Source of the DNA: Candidatus Falkowbacteria bacterium
GTDB lineage: Bacteria > Patescibacteriota > Patescibacteriia > Patescibacteriales > UBA12075
Assembly: GCA_003514005.1 (NCBI GenBank)
Contig: DOSJ01000010.1
Coordinates: 39,425-103,424 of the forward strand
Reading direction: 5' to 3'
Length of the DNA stretch: 64,000 nucleotides
The notes below the pieces were generated by a model that was not told the origin of the DNA, did no database searches, and saw only the letters and a program-made list of their open reading frames with translations. The position numbers and the translations under genes are program-made. This document shows, piece after piece, positions 46,001 to 54,459 of the stretch; positions within the stretch are counted from its first letter, which is position 1; each line of letters starts with the position of its first letter.

Positions 46001-47669
46001 TCTCGATGATTGCGTAATTACATGATGCCAAAATCTCGTCCTGCGGATAGCCCATTGCTTGCATCTTCTTAGCATTTTCCATTAAAAAAACCGCACAAGT
46101 CGCGTTTATCTCATACGCCTTTGGCGCGTTAAAAGATCGCAAACAAGCCTCGCCGATGCTTTCAATGCCGAACAAAGCCTTGAGCGTATCCATCAAACTG
46201 CCGGTTCCGGCCGAACATTTGATATTCATCGCGTTATCAAATAGCTCCTCTTTTTCCAGAGAAATAGTCGATACTTTCGTGTCTTCGCCGCCGATATCAA
46301 CCAAAACGCAAAACTTGCGGTTTATTTCAGGAAAGCGGCTTTGCAAATCATTAATATGTTTTTTCGCATAAGCGATTGAACCGTGCGCGTGCGCATAATT
46401 TTCTACCAAAACAAAAATATTTATTCCTGATTTCTGATAAATCTTTTGCAATATACTCTGTACCTGATATCGGCCACTGCCGGTAATCCCTATGTTCTGG
46501 ATATTAAGGCTTTTTACCCCTTTCTTTTTAATATCCAAAAAAATCTGCTTTACAGTCTCAATCGTATCGCCATGATTGTCATAAGACCCTTTAAAAATAA
46601 TTCTTCCGTCGATCGCGTCCGCAATCAATATTTTTGCCATTGTCGAGCCAATATCTAGTCCGATGTTTATCGGCATTGTTTCCAATTCATGGCCGATAAC
46701 CTCGGCTATTTCCGAGTCTGGCAGTCTTTTATAATAGCCTTTCTCAATAAAATCGGTTTTCAAACTTTGAAAACCGGGATATTCCAAAAACTTTTCCGCT
46801 TTGCTTAAGCGCCGGTCTTCTTGCTTACGAAAATTTTCCCAGCCGATTTCATTTACCAGACTCGAAACACCTCGCAAAAGCATATCCTGTTCATTATCAT
46901 AAATAATTTCTTTTACTCCGGCTTGCAAAAGAAAATCTTTTGCGCAATCGCGTAAAAATTGCCAAGCAAAAACACGTCCACAAAGATGCACGATCTCAAT
47001 ATTTTCCGGCATCCGGCGGCAAACCTTCATTGCTTCGGATTTTAGCGTTATCGCCAAAGCATATGCCAAGGGCACGCCCTGATTCTTATCGGAAATAGTA
47101 GCCGAGGAACTAAATACTCCGCATCTGTCTGCTCGAACCTGAACATGGCTTCTTTTTTCCTTGCCTTGTTCACCCAAATATTCACAAAGTATTTCATCTA
47201 CTTCTTCATACTGAATATCCAGCTTCTGCAAAATTCGGCTGATATTAATTCCGCTTCCGGCGCCACAACGCGGATTCGCAAGCAAAAGATCGTCTATAAG
47301 CTCCCCCTTCTGATCAACGGCAACCAGCATATAACCGGATGCGGACAAATCAATAATTCCCAAAGACTTGCAATCATGCGCCCTTGCTTCTTTCATCAGA
47401 TGCTTCGCCTCCGCCCACAGGGCGGCGGAACTTAAAATTATTTCTCCATGTCCCAAAGTTTCCCTGACAATATTTGCCAGCTTACCACTAATATATATGT
47501 CATTATTTTTATTTTTCAAAACATCCAAAATCTGAAACTGCAAAAACAGCTTTTCAATCCGGTCATTATTCGGAATAAGCAAATCCCGCTTCTCCACCCC
47601 ATCCCAAATGCGCACATGAATATTCGCAATTCCAGCATCGATTATTATTTGTAATTTTTTTTCTAACAT
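43017..47669 (-). CDS. Giant fused activase/dehydratase-like protein (two HgdC/BcrAD-BadFG-type ATPase domains plus a ~900-aa CoA-enzyme-activase-associated region)
   Basis: The second ATPase domain has DIGSTMAK, VDIGGEDTK, KCSAGTG and TCAVF. The first has IIIDAG, IIDLSASG, RCGAGSG and RCGVFSS. The start is moved to the ATG at 47669 because codons 1-35 of the track ORF derive from repeat sequence. Confidence 0.7.
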   Translation of the reverse strand: MLEKKLQIIIDAGIANIHVRIWDGVEKRDLLIPNNDRIEKLFLQFQILDVLKNKNNDIYISGKLANIVRETLGHGEIILSSAALWAEAKHLMKEARAHDCKSLGIIDLSASGYMLVAVDQKGELIDDLLLANPRCGAGSGINISRILQKLDIQYEEVDEILCEYLGEQGKEKRSHVQVRADRCGVFSSSATISDKNQGVPLAYALAITLKSEAMKVCRRMPENIEIVHLCGRVFAWQFLRDCAKDFLLQAGVKEIIYDNEQDMLLRGVSSLVNEIGWENFRKQEDRRLSKAEKFLEYPGFQSLKTDFIEKGYYKRLPDSEIAEVIGHELETMPINIGLDIGSTMAKILIADAIDGRIIFKGSYDNHGDTIETVKQIFLDIKKKGVKSLNIQNIGITGSGRYQVQSILQKIYQKSGINIFVLVENYAHAHGSIAYAKKHINDLQSRFPEINRKFCVLVDIGGEDTKVSTISLEKEELFDNAMNIKCSAGTGSLMDTLKALFGIESIGEACLRSFNAPKAYEINATCAVFLMENAKKMQAMGYPQDEILASCNYAIIENMARTLWNQIDFPKNAVVLLHGQTMLSDPLPLAATRRLLDDGEMFSLVPPFPGHRACIGLIESIAKKEIVENVCDLDDFLDLQFEKKIINCYGVACGDKNACCARTLLTSQNSDNKLTVLLGGCSSVNELAYGDKTESGISDVYGDIWKFIDQQMPKSMDKKRLVIPRSFAVSEQAYFLSQIFENLDIPVCVDNVREQDILSAQGLFDIDVCAPLIGAVGQFIRLAGEEHGIILAPQIDFLPTEGKSLGRTCTTNQGGIAVAERFAKARYPQSNIHLFDLSIKSYDPEYLANQLKRKLQKVFRFYNIKASEKRIAEAVAFANGQNQKIKDSVADITALALELCWKEKRSITIVCGREYILNPGIYDSHIGKLIKDKRSIAIPAYAFEAKLDADFAHIYWRNPHDLVSKINVIANNRLSEILKHERLQNIVRKFEQIKDSRLISLVQVSTFRCGPDAVISPLIAEITKKIPSLFIQSDAMIKELAHLENRVNTYINQLEKKLHQTFSGNNFEIKIIDDYDAQKLNPETDVIYFPTLQDNRMLTSVFRGAGISVIDNFLDGEYDLEQKVRLGRKYAGDSVCAPLAAVFADIFLAEEDFVKRKKANDPLVKDKSRILVFDNKGTGPCRQGQYFEMHKFLLNKKHECSACGANFDRSLDYQIKLLAGHEKENYNIGVPEWVLVQSFQGLVLQGVLHFLFLKFGADCADYKQFKLFYQEYLDLKKKINQVLEDRTKPTTNALRISEKISRISLFVGAVYKFFAFGLYNNNGLRQVLSDFSKRWQTTQAKNKKGRTKIFLDGEAYIKAAQVEDVFYGLVDAIGFSSFQAEYSPLWLYLELILNYRMTEMREKNNYEPKISKRLIEKVQIAKLRFLEKGIRRVLAKPLYKAASLRLPYDMKSILGESRAVLATAKPQGELPAYLGEISIKAKEGYDLCINLAPEGCMVSSMGQLFSSHILANGESKTRIEDLFTLNGEINHEQLQMILLKTMGPEKYYKNI

Positions 47670-47768
47670 TAACTCATTTATATTAAAATATATTTTGTGA
47701 CTTAGGCCAAAAATGAATGGTTCTTTCGGCAATTCTGTGGACAAATTTTTAAACACTTTTCCTCTACT

Positions 47769-47799
47769 TGTCATTCCCGCGTAGGCGGGAATCTTGGTT
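47769..47799. mobile_element. Solo terminal repeat of the MITE-like family (copy 6, half element)
   Basis: TGTCATTCCCGCGTAGGCGGGAATCTTGGTT has no partner end nearby. A fragment of the 188-bp element end (GACTTAGGCCAAAAAT) lies next to it at 47700-47716. Confidence 0.65.
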
Positions 47800-47893
47800 T
47801 AACAATAACAAAATATTTTATCCATAAAATTATCTCAAAAACTAAATATAACTTTATTAATTGTTCTTTGTCAGTTTACCGAACAAACCCGTT

Positions 47894-49120
47894 TTAATTC
47901 ATTTCCAAAACAACTATTTCACGCCACACCCTTTGACTTTCGCGGCCGTAAATTATTGTTTTGCGAAATGAAAGATTTAACGCTTTTTCGTTTTGCAAAG
48001 ATATTGGCAAAGGATTGATTAATTTGAAGCCGGTTAAATCAACATTCAAAAATTGCATCTTTTGCTTTTGCTTAAAAATCGGAAAAATAATCACAACCCG
48101 TCCCTTTGCTTTTAATATCTGTTTAAACTGCCCCAAAGCTTCTTTGTAAAGACATTCTAATTCTTTTTTTACCGCGTAAATATCAGTCAATCCGCGTTGC
48201 GGACCAAGATAAGGTTCGGTCGCAATCATATCGATTGATTTTTTTTCCAAAAACGCGCCAAGACGCCTTACATCAAGCTGTCTGACTTCAGGCTCTTTTT
48301 TAAAAATATCTTTTGTGTCTCCAAAACGCCGAACAATCCAACCGATATTTTTTTTCGTATCCAAAACCGCTCGCTCTGATAAATCACTGCCAAACACATT
48401 GGCAAAGCCCATCAGCATCGCCTCGGTCAAAATCGTACCCGAACCACAGAAAGGATCATAAATCTTTTTTTCCAGCTTATTGCCAAAATCAGCGCTTACC
48501 AGATTAATCATAATCTGCGCCAATTTCGGCGGCAACATCCCGGAATGATCGTCCCGCGCCGGCCGTCCGTAATCACGCGCGGAAAGTTCTTTAAACGGCT
48601 GAACCGCTTTTGTGTGCCCCAGATAAAAACCATTTTCCGTTTCAATAATTATCAATTCAAAGCCTTTTGTTAGCAGTCTGTTCTGTTCGACAATCACGCT
48701 AGACAAAACATTTTCCTTTCCGCTTACCCAGCGACAATTTCCGTCACGCTCTTTAATTAAACTTTTTATATCCATACCCAAATGCTTAATGTTGATTTTT
48801 TTCCGTCCATAATAAGAAACGCCAAAACAAATCTTTTCCGTTTTCCCTAGGATTAATTCTTCTAAAAAAGGCAGACATTCTTTAATATTTATATTTTTTA
48901 TTTTGCGCTCAAAAAGTTCGCCGATTTTGATAACTCCGCCCATTTTGCCAATCGCCTTTTCTTCGGCAAATGATAAAGCATCTTCAAATAATAAAATCTT
49001 CCCGCCAATTAAGCGATAGTTTTCTTTCATACCAAAAACAGCCGCAATTTCCGCAACCGACAAAGCTATATTACTTCCTAGTTCAAAAAAATAAGTCATA
49101 CAATATGTTTGATTGTTCAA
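47894..49120 (-). CDS. SAM-dependent RNA methyltransferase (UPF0020/Trm11-RlmL-like N-methylase)
   Basis: 408 aa. Motif I DPFCGSGTIL and a motif IV-like ATEPYLG (the NPPY-class position). Confidence 0.55.
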   Translation of the reverse strand: MNNQTYCMTYFFELGSNIALSVAEIAAVFGMKENYRLIGGKILLFEDALSFAEEKAIGKMGGVIKIGELFERKIKNINIKECLPFLEELILGKTEKICFGVSYYGRKKINIKHLGMDIKSLIKERDGNCRWVSGKENVLSSVIVEQNRLLTKGFELIIIETENGFYLGHTKAVQPFKELSARDYGRPARDDHSGMLPPKLAQIMINLVSADFGNKLEKKIYDPFCGSGTILTEAMLMGFANVFGSDLSERAVLDTKKNIGWIVRRFGDTKDIFKKEPEVRQLDVRRLGAFLEKKSIDMIATEPYLGPQRGLTDIYAVKKELECLYKEALGQFKQILKAKGRVVIIFPIFKQKQKMQFLNVDLTGFKLINPLPISLQNEKALNLSFRKTIIYGRESQRVWREIVVLEMN

Positions 49121-49158
49121 AAATAATTATGGGTAATCTTATTAACGCTGAAAATATA

Positions 49159-49316
49159 GTTTAATTTTTAATTAGAAGTTTTTAATTTTTAATGACTTTT
49201 TATTTATCAAATTTTTATTTACTCGAATTAAAACAGCTAGTTCTTATTGTTATAGTAATTTGAAATTTGAAAAATAAAAATTGAATAAAAATTAAAAACT
49301 TCTAATTAAAAATTAA
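49159..49316. repeat. Long AT-rich inverted repeat (about 34-bp arms, about 90-nt centre)
   Basis: GTTTAATTTTTAATTAGAAGTTTTTAATTTTTA ... TAAAAATTAAAAACTTCTAATTAAAAATTAAAC. Confidence 0.7.
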
Positions 49317-49645
49317 ACCGTACTACAAAGAAATACTGCATCTACCTAAAATATTTTCTCAAAAAACAAAATAATTAAAATAACCACCCAAGACTATTCT
49401 ATAACATAACATAAAAACAATAGATATTGCAATTATTTTTTTCTTGTGCTAGGATACAGTCAGTTAATAAAAATATAAAAACAAACCTTTTCCACATCCA
49501 AATATTTGGATAGTTTGCGCCTTTTGGGACAAACTAAAGGTATTCTCAACTAATCCCAATGAAAACGAGAGTATCTTGGGGTTTTTTATTTAATATTCGA
49601 CAAAAAATGGCATAATTATCGCCCTTTTAGCTCGAAAAAATCAAT

Positions 49646-50134
49646 ATGGCAAAAAACAAATCAGGAAAAATGCCTCATTATGAACTTTTATTTATTGTAT
49701 CAAATAAATTTTCCGAAGATGAGGTAAAAGACGTAGTCAAAGACGTGCACAAAATAATTACAGACAACGAAGGAAAAATAACCTACACCGAAGAATGGGG
49801 CAAGAAAAAGTTGTCTTACCCGATAAAGGGTTTCCAATTCGGCTATTATTCATTGGCAGAATTTGACTCAAGCGGCGAAAAAGTAAACAAGATCAATAAC
49901 GAACTCCGCCTTTCCACAGAAGTGCTAAGACACCTTATCGTTGCCAAAGTATCCAGAACCGCGGAAGAAATCCAAGCGGAAAAAAAGCAGGCTGAGAAAA
50001 AAATCATAGCCAAAGCCAAAGCCGAAACCGAAGTCGTAGAGAAAAAAGAAATCGAAAAACCGAAAAAAGCGATTGATTTAAAGGACTTGGACGAAAAATT
50101 AGACAGAATCCTGGAAACCGACGATCTGCTCTAA
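49646..50134 (+). CDS. rpsF: 30S ribosomal protein S6 (with Lys/Glu-rich C-terminal extension)
   Basis: 162 aa, MPHYELLFIV..., in the rpsF-ssb-rpsR gene order. Confidence 0.9.
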   Translation: MAKNKSGKMPHYELLFIVSNKFSEDEVKDVVKDVHKIITDNEGKITYTEEWGKKKLSYPIKGFQFGYYSLAEFDSSGEKVNKINNELRLSTEVLRHLIVAKVSRTAEEIQAEKKQAEKKIIAKAKAETEVVEKKEIEKPKKAIDLKDLDEKLDRILETDDLL

Positions 50135-50199
50135 TAAAATTTATTTAATAAAATAATCGTGCTGTTCAATTTCTCCCTAATTAACAGCAGAAAAAATTT

Positions 50200-50679
50200 A
50201 TGAATCTCAACAAAGTCATGATTATTGGAAATTTGACTCGCGACCCGGAACTGAAAACAACCCCCAACGGTACGCCCGTCGCAACCGTAGGCGTTGCCAC
50301 TAACCAAGTTTGGAACGACCAAAACGGCCAAAAACAAGAGCGCGTAGAGTTTCACAACATAGTAGTCTGGAGAAAATTAGCCGAAATCTGCGGACAGTAC
50401 CTAAGAAAAGGCTCAAAAGTATATTTTGAAGGACGTTTGCAGACCAGAGATTGGGTCGGTCAAGACGGAATCAAACGCTATCGCACCGAGATAATCGCCG
50501 ACAACATGATTATGCTTGATCGCGCTGGCGGCGCGCAAAGCCAAGGTGGCTATTCCGCAAATGCCGTGCCTTTGCCAAGCGAACCAATGATGCATGAACA
50601 AAGCATTGATATAAATGATCCTTATGGCAATCAAAGCCCTCAGGAAGAAGAAATTAAAATAGAAAATATCCCTTTTTAA
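50200..50679 (+). CDS. ssb: Single-stranded DNA-binding protein
   Basis: 159 aa. OB fold MNLNKVMIIGNLTRDPELK and an acidic C-terminal tip ending IPF. Confidence 0.9.
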   Translation: MNLNKVMIIGNLTRDPELKTTPNGTPVATVGVATNQVWNDQNGQKQERVEFHNIVVWRKLAEICGQYLRKGSKVYFEGRLQTRDWVGQDGIKRYRTEIIADNMIMLDRAGGAQSQGGYSANAVPLPSEPMMHEQSIDINDPYGNQSPQEEEIKIENIPF

Positions 50680-50688
50680 TAAAAAATT

Positions 50689-50907
50689 ATGAATAACCAA
50701 ACCCAAACCGAAAAAACCTGCTATTTTTGTGAAAATGGCATCAAAGATGTTGATTACAAAGACATCCGCACTTTGCGCCAGTTCATCAATACTTACAAAA
50801 AAATCTTTCCCCGCAAAAAAAGCGGAGTTTGCTCCAAACACCAGCGCAAACTGGCGAACGCGATCAAAAATGCCAGAATCATTTCTTTGTTACCCTATAT
50901 CAGATAA
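50689..50907 (+). CDS. rpsR: 30S ribosomal protein S18
   Basis: 72 aa with YKDIRTLRQFI and the typical S18 core. Confidence 0.9.
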   Translation: MNNQTQTEKTCYFCENGIKDVDYKDIRTLRQFINTYKKIFPRKKSGVCSKHQRKLANAIKNARIISLLPYIR

Positions 50908-50922
50908 TTAATAAATCCAATT

Positions 50923-51480
50923 ATGCTAAGTCTAAATGAAATCAAAGTAGGCAAGGTTATTGATGTAAACAATGAACCTTTCCTAGTAACCCGCACCGAT
51001 CATCATAAAATGGGAAGAGGTGGTGCCGTCTTGAAAGTTAAGTTGAAAAATTTGATCAACGGCAATATGCTTGATAAAACTTTTCAAGGCAACGACAAGA
51101 CAAACGAAGCTAACACGGAAAAAAGAAAAGCTAACTTCATGTATTTTGACGAAGATAATGCCAACTTCATGGACAATGAAAGCTATGAACAATTTTCTAT
51201 ATCCTTGGAAGCGATCGGAGAAAAGAAAAAATATTTAAAAGAAGGCACAGATGTTGACGTGTTGTATTATGACAACAATCCTGTCGCTATCGATTTGCCG
51301 ATTAAAATGAGTTTTAAAGTAGTTTCCGCTCCACCCGGAGTAAAGGGCAATAGTGCCGGAAACGTTACAAAACAAGTAGAACTCGAAACTGGCTTGCTAA
51401 TTAACGCCCCGATGTTCATAAACGAAGGCGACATCATCAAGATAAATACCGACTCCGGAGAATATTCAGAAAGAGCTTAA
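50923..51480 (+). CDS. efp: Elongation factor P (Arg32 type)
   Basis: 185 aa. The loop-tip sequence is KMGRGGAVLKVKLKNL, with Arg (AGA at 51016-51018) where Lys34-type EF-Ps carry Lys. Confidence 0.9.
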   Translation: MLSLNEIKVGKVIDVNNEPFLVTRTDHHKMGRGGAVLKVKLKNLINGNMLDKTFQGNDKTNEANTEKRKANFMYFDEDNANFMDNESYEQFSISLEAIGEKKKYLKEGTDVDVLYYDNNPVAIDLPIKMSFKVVSAPPGVKGNSAGNVTKQVELETGLLINAPMFINEGDIIKINTDSGEYSERA

Positions 51481-51554
51481 CTATTTTTTCTCAAACAAAA
51501 AAACATCGGCCTATCTTGGGCTGATGTTTTTTGTTTTGATTTTTTAACGTATTC

Positions 51555-51742
51555 TGTAACTTAGGCCGAAAATAAATAATTGATTTTTATTAAATTACTG
51601 CTTGAAGCGGATCATATTACCTACTCGAATGTTTATGTGTGTATCTAACTAATATCTCACCCTCTACTTCTGCGCTTTTTCTGAGCTGAGCTTAATTTAA
51701 TAAAAATCAATTATTTATTTTCGGCCGATACGGATGTGAAAT
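51555..51742 (+). repeat. 188-bp palindromic element, copy 2 of 3
   Basis: See 12655-12842. Lies between the convergent genes efp and recA. Confidence 0.8.
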
Positions 51743-51773
51743 AACCGCAAAATATTTTGATGAGCCTTTGCTT

Positions 51774-52823
51774 TTATTGTTCTTCCACTTCACGCGCTTT
51801 TACTTCTGACATAATTTTTTTTCGGATTTCTTTCATGAGTTTTTTATCAGCCCGCAAAAAGCGTTTCGCATTTTCACGGCCAACGCCCAGTTTGATATCG
51901 CCAAAAGAATATGAATTGCCGGACTTGCCGATCGTACCCATAACCACCCCCGTGTCCAATAGATCGCCGGATATGGAAATACCTTCGTTATACATAATAT
52001 CAAATTCACATGTCTTGAACGGAGCGGCGACTTTGTTTTTTACTATTTTGGTTTTTACGCGATTGCCAATAATCTTGTCTCCCTGTTTAATCTGCGCGCT
52101 GCGGCGCACTTCGATGCGAACCGAGCTATAAAACTTTAGAGCTGTACCGCCGGTAGTCGTTTCCGGATTGCCAAAAAATACACCGATCTTCAAACGGATC
52201 TGGTTAATGAAAATAATAACAGTTTTTGTCTTTGAAACAACGCCCGTAAGTTTGCGCAAGGCTTGGCTCATGAGCCGCGCCTGCAAACCCATGTGTTGAT
52301 CCCCCATTTCACCTTCGATTTCTTTTCTCGGAACCAAGGCCGCGACCGAATCAACAACAATAACATCAACCGCGTTTGAACGGACAAGCGTTTCCACAAT
52401 CTCCAAAGCCTGTTCGCCGGTATCTGGCTGAGATATCAGCATCTCTTTGATATTAACGCCGATTTTCTGCGCATAATCCGGATCAAGAGCGTGCTCCGCA
52501 TCCACAAAAGCCGCAATACCGCCCAATTTTTGCACCTCGGCGACGATATGCTGTGCCAAAGTGGTTTTTCCCGATGCTTCCGGACCAAAAATCTCGATAA
52601 CGCGTCCGCGCGGCACGCCGCCGATACCCAGCGCCAAGTCAAGCGACAAACATCCAGTCGGAATCGCGTCTACATTGGTTTTTTGCGCTTCGCCGAATTT
52701 CATAATAGAGCCTTCACCAAATTTTTCTTTTATCTGCGCCATCGCGTTCATAGCGGCCGCCATTTTCTCATCGGTTTCTTTTTTGTTATCATTTTTTACT
52801 GTTTTGCCTTCTTCATTTGCCAT
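51774..52823 (-). CDS. recA: Recombinase A
   Basis: 349 aa. Walker [10 protein letters not shown] and the RecA signature ALKFYSSVR. Confidence 0.95.
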   Translation of the reverse strand: MANEEGKTVKNDNKKETDEKMAAAMNAMAQIKEKFGEGSIMKFGEAQKTNVDAIPTGCLSLDLALGIGGVPRGRVIEIFGPEASGKTTLAQHIVAEVQKLGGIAAFVDAEHALDPDYAQKIGVNIKEMLISQPDTGEQALEIVETLVRSNAVDVIVVDSVAALVPRKEIEGEMGDQHMGLQARLMSQALRKLTGVVSKTKTVIIFINQIRLKIGVFFGNPETTTGGTALKFYSSVRIEVRRSAQIKQGDKIIGNRVKTKIVKNKVAAPFKTCEFDIMYNEGISISGDLLDTGVVMGTIGKSGNSYSFGDIKLGVGRENAKRFLRADKKLMKEIRKKIMSEVKAREVEEQ

Positions 52824-52929
52824 ATTTTTATTTGCTTATTCTGCGCGTTTTTCACAACACACATTATAAGTTATTTAAATTGTTTATAAAAAATTGTAAT
52901 TTAAAATTTAACAAAAAACATTTTTATCT

Positions 52930-53065
52930 TGTCATTCCCGCGTAGGCGGGAATCTTGATTAAAAAATTACTTAATATTTTTTAATACTGTTGGCTAAAAA
53001 ATCTCTAACTTAAAAATTAGTTTTTCTTTTTTTAAACCGAGATTCCCGCCTACGCGGGAATGACA
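52930..53065. mobile_element. MITE-like element, copy 7
   Basis: TGTCATTCCCGCGTAGGCGGGAATCTTG ... CCGAGATTCCCGCCTACGCGGGAATGACA. Its internal sequence is about 85-90% identical by eye to copy 4. Confidence 0.75.
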
Positions 53066-53190
53066 TGGGGTTATTCTCGAATCTCAATTTATAATCTTAT
53101 CAACTATAATAATATAATATTTACAAAAAAAACGCAAACATTTAACACTTTATTTGACTTGTTCGCTTTTTGTTTGCCTAATCTAAGTGA

Positions 53191-53856
53191 TTAATTTACC
53201 AAAATATTTCTAATAACTACGCTTTTCTTGCTATATTTTTTTTGTGATTGAATTACAATCACGTTAAGCCCGACTTTTAAATCCAAAGAATAGTCTATAT
53301 CCCCTTCTCCGCTTATCAATATTTCCTTGCCATTAATATTAACGATTGAATTTTTTTCAGTCTGTCCGCTAATATTGATTTTTCGCTCATTCGTACTGAT
53401 GTCTTTTTCCGGTGAAAAAATTTCAAGCTCCGGAGCTGACACCAGATTGTTGATATAAAAACCGATATAGGTTACGCAAATCGTAATTAAAGCAAGGATA
53501 ATAAAATTTTTTAACAATTTTGGCAGGCTTAAAAAATATCTGGCTTTTGTGACTTTTTGTACAAACAGCCTATTATTTTTTTTAATGATTTGCCCCTCAT
53601 TTTCAGTCTTGTACTGAGAAATAATTTCAGCAACATCAAGACCCAAAAAGTCGGCATAAGTCCGCAAATAATTTTGCGCATAAACACCGGCGGGCAGCTT
53701 TTTAAGCTGCCCGTTTTCCAAAGCTTCTAAATATTTAATATTGATTTTAAGCTGTCTTGCCGCAGAATCAAGTTCAATCCGCTTATCATTCCGCGCTTGT
53801 TTCAATTTCCGCCCCACTGTCTCGCTGTTAATCGATATTTTACTGCTTGTGAACAT
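53191..53856 (-). CDS. Helix-turn-helix membrane protein (RodZ-like)
   Basis: 221 aa. N-terminal Xre-type HTH (VGRKLKQARNDKRIELDSAARQLKINIKYLEALE), a central TM helix and a C-terminal beta-rich domain. Confidence 0.6.
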   Translation of the reverse strand: MFTSSKISINSETVGRKLKQARNDKRIELDSAARQLKINIKYLEALENGQLKKLPAGVYAQNYLRTYADFLGLDVAEIISQYKTENEGQIIKKNNRLFVQKVTKARYFLSLPKLLKNFIILALITICVTYIGFYINNLVSAPELEIFSPEKDISTNERKINISGQTEKNSIVNINGKEILISGEGDIDYSLDLKVGLNVIVIQSQKKYSKKSVVIRNILVN

Positions 53857-53958
53857 AAAGGCTATAAATATATTATATCATTAATTTCGTGTCTTTATTT
53901 AAAATACAAACATGAAATTAACGATAAAATACAAAATAAAAGATAATATGACAATTTA

Positions 53959-54411
53959 TTATTGAAACCATGAGGAATTAAAAATATTTTTTGTCGCTTC
54001 AATGCCCATGGCCTTGGCTGTAAAATTGATTATCGTATAGCTGGCAAAAACCACCAGTAAACCGATAACCGCTCCAATTATTGTATTTTTTCCTCGTTCA
54101 ACCAATGATTTGTTCCCGGCAGAAACCAGAAACATAACTCCGCCAGCCACAAATGCCAAAAGCGCCAAAGCGCCGACAATACCTAAAATAATTTTCGATA
54201 TCCTAACCAAAAGTTCTAAAACATCATTAACTTGATAATTACCACAATATTTTTTACACGCATCATCACTGCATGTTGAACAGTCTCCAGTGAAAGTATT
54301 CGCATCCAAAACGGTAGTCGGCGTCGGATCTGCACTTACAAAAACTGGTAAAAAACAAAACAAAAAAAACAACACGATAATTATACTATTAAATATTTTT
54401 TTTATTCTCAT
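53959..54411 (-). CDS. VirB2/TrbC-like pilin-family small membrane protein, paralogue 9 (Cys-rich N-terminal region)
   Basis: 150 aa. Same two-helix core (AGGVMFLVSAGNKSLVERGKNTIIGAVIGLLV), preceded by GDCSTCSDDACKKYCGNY. Confidence 0.65.
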   Translation of the reverse strand: MRIKKIFNSIIIVLFFLFCFLPVFVSADPTPTTVLDANTFTGDCSTCSDDACKKYCGNYQVNDVLELLVRISKIILGIVGALALLAFVAGGVMFLVSAGNKSLVERGKNTIIGAVIGLLVVFASYTIINFTAKAMGIEATKNIFNSSWFQ

Positions 54412-54459
54412 ATATTCTTCTTACTTCTAACTTTTAACTTCTTACTTCTTACTTAATTT

